A stretch of 64,000 bases of DNA from Eubacteriales bacterium (GTDB lineage Bacteria > Bacillota > Clostridia > Oscillospirales > CAG-382). The DNA lies in NCBI GenBank assembly GCA_045600105.1, contig JAZRXG010000042.1, forward strand, positions 14,236 to 78,235, read 5' to 3'. Position numbers and translations under genes: made by a program. Positions 58,638 through 64,000 of the stretch are shown here, one piece after another (position 1 is the first letter of the stretch; each line of letters begins with the position of its first letter). Under the pieces are notes generated by a model. That model saw only the letters and a program-made list of their open reading frames with translations. It ran no database searches and was not told where the DNA came from.

Positions 58638-58997
58638 ATGAACGAAAACGCCATAAAACTTCCGGATGACGCGACGGCTGCCCTCATTGCCGAAACGTTC
58701 AAGCTCATAAGCGATCCGACACGGCTCAAAGTATTATATCTGCTCTGCCACAGCGAGCAGTGCGTCAACAGCATAGCGTCGGTCATGGATATGTCGCCGC
58801 CCGCGGTCGCGCATCACCTCAAGCTGCTCAAATCGTCGGGGCTTCTTTCGTCGCGCCGTGACGGCAAGGAAGTATATTACACACTCGCGGACACGAAGTA
58901 CGCCAACACCGTACACGAAACGGTCGACACCGTCTTCGGCTGCAAATGCACCGTCTGCGCCTCGGCGCGCAAAGGCGTCAAATGCTCCTGCGACTGA
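58638..58997 (+). CDS. ArsR/SmtB-family transcriptional regulator with Cys-rich C-terminal tail
   Basis: FKLISDPTRLKVL, SPPAVAHHLKLL, RRDGKEVYYTL winged HTH, tail CKCTVC...CSC. Confidence 0.9.
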   Translation: MNENAIKLPDDATAALIAETFKLISDPTRLKVLYLLCHSEQCVNSIASVMDMSPPAVAHHLKLLKSSGLLSSRRDGKEVYYTLADTKYANTVHETVDTVFGCKCTVCASARKGVKCSCD

Positions 58998-59069
58998 AAA
59001 AGCAAGGCTTATTAATCGAAAATTGCAAATTGCAGATGTCAAATTATTGTGAGTTTATAACTCCTAATT

Positions 59070-59096
59070 AAAAAAGAGGCGTTCAGCCTCTTTTTT
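59070..59096. terminator. Bidirectional terminator between arsR and SBP3
   Basis: AAAAAAGAGGC/GCCTCTTTTTT stem. Confidence 0.8.
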
Positions 59097-59100
59097 GATT

Positions 59101-60654
59101 TTATTTATTATCCATGAAGAACTGCATTACCGATTCAAGGTCCTTCTGATAGGTGGGCTCGAATTTTTCGTACGCGGAGGTGAAATTCTCGTGGACGCCG
59201 TTGACGACGTCGGTCAGGGTGCTGTTGAGAGAGCGGCTGCCCGAAAGCTCGCCGATGCGGAAGATGCCCGCGAGGTCGCAGCCGACGGTGGAAAAGATGA
59301 GGTCAAGCATGATCTCGGAATCTTCTCTGACGAGCTTCTGGTTCTTCATCATCTTCTGATAATAGTTGGTGCAGACCGAGTCGCTGAGCTCGCTCCACGA
59401 ATAATAGCCGATGACGTCCATTATCGCGGCGGCAAATTCAGCCTCTTCCTCGTCGAGGTTGAGCGCGATGCAGTAGGCGTTGGAGCTCCAGGTGCTGAGG
59501 AGAGCGTAGTAGTCCTCCTGTTCCTCGTTATACTTGGGAAGCGGAAGGATGCCGAACTGATCTTCCATATCGAACGAAACGGCTCTGACGAGGCTGTCGG
59601 AGAAGAACATACATCTTCCCTCTTCAAACGCGTCCTGAAGCAGGTCCATCGGAGTCGAGGTGACGTTGAAATAGTCGTTGCCGCGGCAGTACCATTCGCC
59701 CTGCATAAGCTCCTTGGCTTTTTCGATGGTGTTGACCGTCGTTTCGTTGTTGACGGAAAGAACCGCTTCGCTGCCGTCGGTGGTGAACGGTCTGACGCCG
59801 GTGCCGTAAAGGAGATAATACGCGTCGCTGTCCTGACCGCCCCAGCCGAATTCGTCCTTGTAGTCCATTCCTTCGGGCTCGGCGGAGTCGACGGCAAGTG
59901 CCTTTGAGTATTCAAGCGCTTTGTCGATAGTCCATTTGCCTTCGTTTGCGAGGTTTATGGGGTCTTCGAGCCCGAGATTATTTATGAGGTCGGCGTTATA
60001 GAAAATGACGTGGACATTGCCCATGCTGTTTATCGCCATATCGCCGATGGTGAAATAAAGCTGTCCCATTATGGTGAGCGAATCGTTGAAATACTGTTCC
60101 CACCACGGGTTTGCCGTATTGATGGTATCGATGCCGAGCAGGTTATAGAGGCTGCCTTCGGTAGCGAGCGTCGCGCAGTCGTAAAGGCAGACCGAATAGA
60201 GCGAGTAATCGTCAAGAGCGCCCGAAATGTGGTTCCTTATCTGGTCGAGGGTGTCCTTGCCGTAACGCTGAGCGGACTTGTAATATACTTCCTTGATCTC
60301 TACGCCGAGAGTCTCGTATATCTTGTCGTTTCTGGCTTTTATCGCCTCGTTGACGGTGGTCGAGATCTGTTCCTCGCTCAGGTTTTCGTTATAGACGAAT
60401 TCCGAAACGGGGGCGGCGCCGACGCCGGTGGTGAACACGGTGAAGGTCTTTCCTTCGTAGTCCCTGCCGCTGTATATGTCGGGCACGAACGGAGCCTCGG
60501 ACGGTTCCTCGGAAGCTGCTTCCGAAACGTCGGGCGCGCTGTTTTCCGTCTGTTTGCTTTCCGCCGACGGCGTATTCTCCTCCTGCTCGCCGCAGGCGGT
60601 GACCGAAACGACGACGAGCATTATGCAAATGATGAGTGCAAGTGCTTTTTTCAT
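59101..60654 (-). CDS. Extracellular solute-binding lipoprotein, SBP3 (distant paralog of SBP1/2)
   Basis: Lipobox VTAC, NPWW, LYFTIGD, FYNADL, EGKWTID, FGILPLPKY, MLDLIF. Confidence 0.85.
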   Translation of the reverse strand: MKKALALIICIMLVVVSVTACGEQEENTPSAESKQTENSAPDVSEAASEEPSEAPFVPDIYSGRDYEGKTFTVFTTGVGAAPVSEFVYNENLSEEQISTTVNEAIKARNDKIYETLGVEIKEVYYKSAQRYGKDTLDQIRNHISGALDDYSLYSVCLYDCATLATEGSLYNLLGIDTINTANPWWEQYFNDSLTIMGQLYFTIGDMAINSMGNVHVIFYNADLINNLGLEDPINLANEGKWTIDKALEYSKALAVDSAEPEGMDYKDEFGWGGQDSDAYYLLYGTGVRPFTTDGSEAVLSVNNETTVNTIEKAKELMQGEWYCRGNDYFNVTSTPMDLLQDAFEEGRCMFFSDSLVRAVSFDMEDQFGILPLPKYNEEQEDYYALLSTWSSNAYCIALNLDEEEAEFAAAIMDVIGYYSWSELSDSVCTNYYQKMMKNQKLVREDSEIMLDLIFSTVGCDLAGIFRIGELSGSRSLNSTLTDVVNGVHENFTSAYEKFEPTYQKDLESVMQFFMDNK

Positions 60655-60687
60655 ACTGTTTCTCCTCTATCCTTTTTATTCAATGCC

Positions 60688-60716
60688 ATTATAATATACG
60701 TTTTCGGTTTTGTCAA
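60688..60716 (-). promoter_or_regulatory. Consensus SigA promoter for SBP3
   Basis: TTGACA-17 nt-TATAAT. The -35 box overlaps the stop codon of the upstream ABC gene. Confidence 0.75.
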
Positions 60717-62632
60717 TCACCGAGATTTTCGAGATATCTCGACGCCTGAGTGGTGAAGAGTTCGTAATATCTTCCCTTCTGCGCCATCAGCTCGGAATGG
60801 TTGCCGAGCTCGATCATCTGCCCGTATTCGAGCACGATTATCTTTGACGCGACGGTCGCGCTCGAAAGGCGGTGCGACACGAAAATGGTCGTTTTGTCCT
60901 TGCGGAGCTTGTCGAACTGACCGTATATCTCCTGCTCGGCGATGGCGTCGAGCGACGCCGTGGGCTCGTCGAGAATGAGGATGTCGGAATCGGAATAGAA
61001 GGCGCGTGCCACGGCGAGCTTCTGCCATTGACCGACCGAAAGCTCGGTGCCGTTCGTTTCGAAGATACGCATGAGCGGCGTTTCGTAGCCGTCGGAAAGC
61101 TTGTCGATAAATTCGTCGGCTCCCGCCTGCTCGGCGGCGGCGCGGATGTTTTCGGAGGTCGCCTTCTTGCCGAGTTCACCGAACGAGATGTTCTCGGTGA
61201 CGTTGACCGCGTATTTGCCGAAATCCTGGAAGATTATGCCGAAAATGGAGTAAAGCTCGTTCACGTCGTAGTCACGCAGGTCGTTGCCATCGAGCAGTAT
61301 CCTGCCCTCGGTCGGGTCGTAAAGACGGGTCAGCAGCTTGATGAGCGTGGTCTTGCCCGCGCCGTTGAGACCGACGAGCACCACCGATTCGCCTGCTTTG
61401 ATGGTGACGCTTATGTCCTTGATGACGTATTTTTCGGTGCCGGGGTATCTGAACGAAACGTGGTCGAACACTATCTCGTGGCCGACGTGGCGTTCGGGCT
61501 TGAGCGGCGACGCGAGGCGCGAAACGACGGTCTGCTTTTCGTTCATGTAATCGATCATATTATCGATGAAGAGCGTGCCTTCGTATATCGTGGCGGTGAT
61601 GGAGATGAGCGACGAAACGCAGCCCGCGATGGAGTTGAGCGCGCCCGTATAGAGCGAATAATCGCCGATCTCGTTCTGCCCGAGCCAGACACCGCGGGCA
61701 ATGTAGAGGAACAGAGCGCAGTGTACCACCGACGTACAGGCGGTGATGGCGATGTTCCATACGCCCTCGTTGACGTAGAGCTTGCGGAGCCCGGAAAAGT
61801 ATTTTTTGAACGTCTCGTTATATCTGCCGATAAACGTGTCGGCAAGACCGAAAAGGCGTACCTCCTTGACCATGTCCTTGTTGACGAGGACGTCGGAATA
61901 ATACGTGAGCTGTCTGCGGTCCTTGGAGCGCCGTCTGACGTAGTTGAAATTCTTTCTGCGATAAATGAACGTGAGTATGGCAGACGGGAACGCGAGCGCG
62001 ATGACCACCCACGGAGCGAACGGGCTGCACGACCAGAGTATGATGATGAACGAAACGAGCGAGATCATCGAGCTTATGAGGCTGAACGACGCGTTCATGA
62101 TGTTTATCGGACGGCGGCCCGCCTCGTTGGACGCGTTTTCGAGCTTTTCGTAAAACTCGGGGTTGTCGAAGCCCGCAAGGTCGATCTCCTTCGATTTCTC
62201 CATTATCTTGAGCTTGATGTGGTTGACGACAAGCTCGCCGTAAATGCGCGATACTATGTTGTTGATGCTGTTCACAAGCGATTTGAAGAATATGTAGGCA
62301 AACTGGAACACGATCCAGAATATGACCGCGTCAACAAGCTCCTGCATCGCGGGGTCTTCGACGAGCGCCTTGGCGCCGGTGTACGCGGCGGCAAGCGAAT
62401 TGAGCAGATTCGCCGAGATATACGCTCCGGCGACGGGAACGACGCCGTTGAACAGCGCCATGAACATCATAACGAAGAGTATCCACGGGCGGGTCTCCCA
62501 CACGAGTTTGAATATGTAAAACAGACGGTAAAAGAAGCCGCCGACAAGCTTTTTCAGGTCCTTCAGTTTTTCACCGAACGTCTTTTTGGCTTTTTCGGGC
62601 ATCTTTCCGTCGGGCGGACGTTTTGACGTCAT
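60713..62632 (-). CDS. ABC exporter, fused permease/ATP-binding (multidrug/peptide type)
   Basis: N-terminal TM domain, GLNGAGKTT, IFQDF, LSVGQWQKLAVAR, ILDEPT, VSHRLS. Confidence 0.92.
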   Translation of the reverse strand: MTSKRPPDGKMPEKAKKTFGEKLKDLKKLVGGFFYRLFYIFKLVWETRPWILFVMMFMALFNGVVPVAGAYISANLLNSLAAAYTGAKALVEDPAMQELVDAVIFWIVFQFAYIFFKSLVNSINNIVSRIYGELVVNHIKLKIMEKSKEIDLAGFDNPEFYEKLENASNEAGRRPINIMNASFSLISSMISLVSFIIILWSCSPFAPWVVIALAFPSAILTFIYRRKNFNYVRRRSKDRRQLTYYSDVLVNKDMVKEVRLFGLADTFIGRYNETFKKYFSGLRKLYVNEGVWNIAITACTSVVHCALFLYIARGVWLGQNEIGDYSLYTGALNSIAGCVSSLISITATIYEGTLFIDNMIDYMNEKQTVVSRLASPLKPERHVGHEIVFDHVSFRYPGTEKYVIKDISVTIKAGESVVLVGLNGAGKTTLIKLLTRLYDPTEGRILLDGNDLRDYDVNELYSIFGIIFQDFGKYAVNVTENISFGELGKKATSENIRAAAEQAGADEFIDKLSDGYETPLMRIFETNGTELSVGQWQKLAVARAFYSDSDILILDEPTASLDAIAEQEIYGQFDKLRKDKTTIFVSHRLSSATVASKIIVLEYGQMIELGNHSELMAQKGRYYELFTTQASRYLENLGD

Positions 62633-62642
62633 TTCTGCCTCC

Positions 62643-63662
62643 TCATATATCCCAGAACGCGTTCGAGAACGCGCACTTTCCGTTCACGTCGCGGACGGTG
62701 ACGCGTGCGTAGCCGTCAAGCGGGTCGAGTCTGAAATCGGCGCTGCAGACCGTTCCGCCCGCCTTGCTTCTGTCGGCGATCCTGCCTCTGCGCGCGGCGG
62801 TGGTGCAGGTGATGCGTACCGCCTCGGACGTTTCGACGTGAAGTATCTTCGTTTCGTCGTCGTACCGAAGCACCTTTATCTCGGGTCCCTCGGACGCGTA
62901 GAACTCGCCCTTCACGAGAGCGGAGGCAATGGCCTTGTAGGTCAGCTCGGGGGCTTTGAACATGGTGAATCCGCCGAAGCGGTCGCACCTCGGGTCGTCA
63001 ACGGGCGCCTGGCTGTGGTTGTCGTCGCCGGCGACACAGAAGATATGCTTGCCCTGGCGGAGCAGGTCGTCGTACTGCATGGGGTTGACGTCGAAATACC
63101 CCTGGTTGCACGAGCTGGTGTTGATTATCTCAAGCGCGTCCATGCCGACGTATTTGCTGTACTGCTCGTAAGTTTCAAGCGACCACACGGGATGGTTGTA
63201 GGTGACGAAAAATCCGTGCTCCTTGCCGAGTCTGATAACGTCGTTGACACATTCCGCCGAGTAGCAGCGGAGGAAATCGGGGACGTTCGGGTCGAATTTC
63301 ACCTTGTCGCGCTGGAAACGGTTGCTGCCGTAAAGGTATTCGGTGCGGTGCCACGCGGGCTGGATGAGGTTGTTCTCGTCAAGCGCGATGAGATTGAGGT
63401 GGCAGCACTTGGTGAGGTCCCAATGCTTGTTGAATTCTCCCACGGCGAACTCGAACCCGTTGAGCGCAAGAAAGCTTTCGTCGGTAAGGTCCTGATGTGA
63501 AAGCAGTACGTCGTGGTCGGTGAACGCGATTATCGAATACCCCGCTTTTTTATAGGTCTCCTTGACTTCCTCGGGCGTTCCCTCGCCGTCGGACATGGTG
63601 GTGTGGCAATGTAGATTGGCTTTGTAAAAATTCCCTTTTTCGGGAAGCAGATAACGTATCAT
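62643..63662 (-). CDS. PHP-domain metallohydrolase (CehA/McbA-like)
   Basis: NLHCHTT.SDG, TDHD, HLNL, YNHP.WS, EIIN, GDDNH. Confidence 0.8.
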   Translation of the reverse strand: MIRYLLPEKGNFYKANLHCHTTMSDGEGTPEEVKETYKKAGYSIIAFTDHDVLLSHQDLTDESFLALNGFEFAVGEFNKHWDLTKCCHLNLIALDENNLIQPAWHRTEYLYGSNRFQRDKVKFDPNVPDFLRCYSAECVNDVIRLGKEHGFFVTYNHPVWSLETYEQYSKYVGMDALEIINTSSCNQGYFDVNPMQYDDLLRQGKHIFCVAGDDNHSQAPVDDPRCDRFGGFTMFKAPELTYKAIASALVKGEFYASEGPEIKVLRYDDETKILHVETSEAVRITCTTAARRGRIADRSKAGGTVCSADFRLDPLDGYARVTVRDVNGKCAFSNAFWDI

Positions 63663-63734
63663 TCCGTTTTTCCTTTCGTTTGCTTTTGTATATAAAGAAT
63701 ATCACATTCGTGCGTGATTGGCAATAGGAAACGA

Positions 63735-63764
63735 AAAAAGACCGCATTTTTTTGCGGTCTTTTT
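63735..63764. terminator. Terminator-like hairpin upstream of the PHP gene
   Basis: AAAAAGACCGCA/TGCGGTCTTTTT 12-bp perfect stem. Confidence 0.7.
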
Positions 63765-63954
63765 CAGATTGCAGACAAAGTCTGCAATCTGAGCAGACTG
63801 AGACAAACGAAGTTGATTTCGACGAAAAGCGAGCGTCGCCGTAGATAACTACGGCAGTCGAGTTTTTCGTCGAAGCCATTGAAATTTCCGATAAAATCAA
63901 TATTCCTATTATAAAAGTGTACTCTCATCCGTCTTGGATAAAAGTACACTTTTA
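63765..63954. repeat. Cluster of inverted repeats, possible IS-end/MITE or REP remnant
   Basis: CAGATTGCAGAC/GTCTGCAATCTG; TTCGACGAAAA/TTTTCGTCGAA enclosing GCCGTAG/CTACGGC; TAAAAGTGTACT/AGTACACTTTTA. Confidence 0.55.
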
Positions 63955-64000
63955 CTCTTTTCTCTATTCTATCTGCATTTCAATGGCGTAAGAAACGAGT

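Overview
About 50 kb of this 64-kb window is chromosomal core from a fairly GC-rich, spore-forming Clostridia-class bacterium (spoIIR, polC, addAB; the lineage is my inference, probably an uncultured gut or rumen Oscillospirales-like organism). It holds about 48 CDS, nearly all on the minus strand after 5.5 kb. In order: comEC-holA-rnmV-mtaB; a HexNAc/GalNAc operon (TIM-barrel epimerase, FAD oxidoreductase, GH123-like hydrolase, NahK-like kinase) beside thuA and two duplicated orphan solute-binding lipoproteins; oppBCDFA; malQ; pfkA; addBA; spoIIR; ispE; polC; pyrH-frr-uppS-cdsA-dxr-rseP-ispG; a TIGR03960/TIGR03936 radical-SAM pair; uvrBA; a very large ECF sigma factor; nifS-nifU with a divergent ArsR regulator; a third orphan solute-binding lipoprotein; an ABC exporter; and a PHP hydrolase. 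I found no rRNA, tRNA, CRISPR array, integrase or transposase. The most unusual items are: (1) an OppC permease with a ~230-aa circularly permuted InlB-B-repeat/DxDxDG insert in its first extracellular loop; (2) an 838-aa soluble ECF sigma factor with a TPR, a duplicated Cys-rich beta-type domain, an ECF-type promoter and no anti-sigma gene; (3) a Cys-tailed ArsR in the position usually held by Rrf2 next to nifS-nifU, with a 9-4-9 inverted repeat at the nifS promoter; (4) a GTGATGT/ACATCAC multi-hairpin intergenic element; (5) a GH123 + NahK GalNAc route without the GH112 phosphorylase. All family assignments come from motif recognition by eye; no database search was run.
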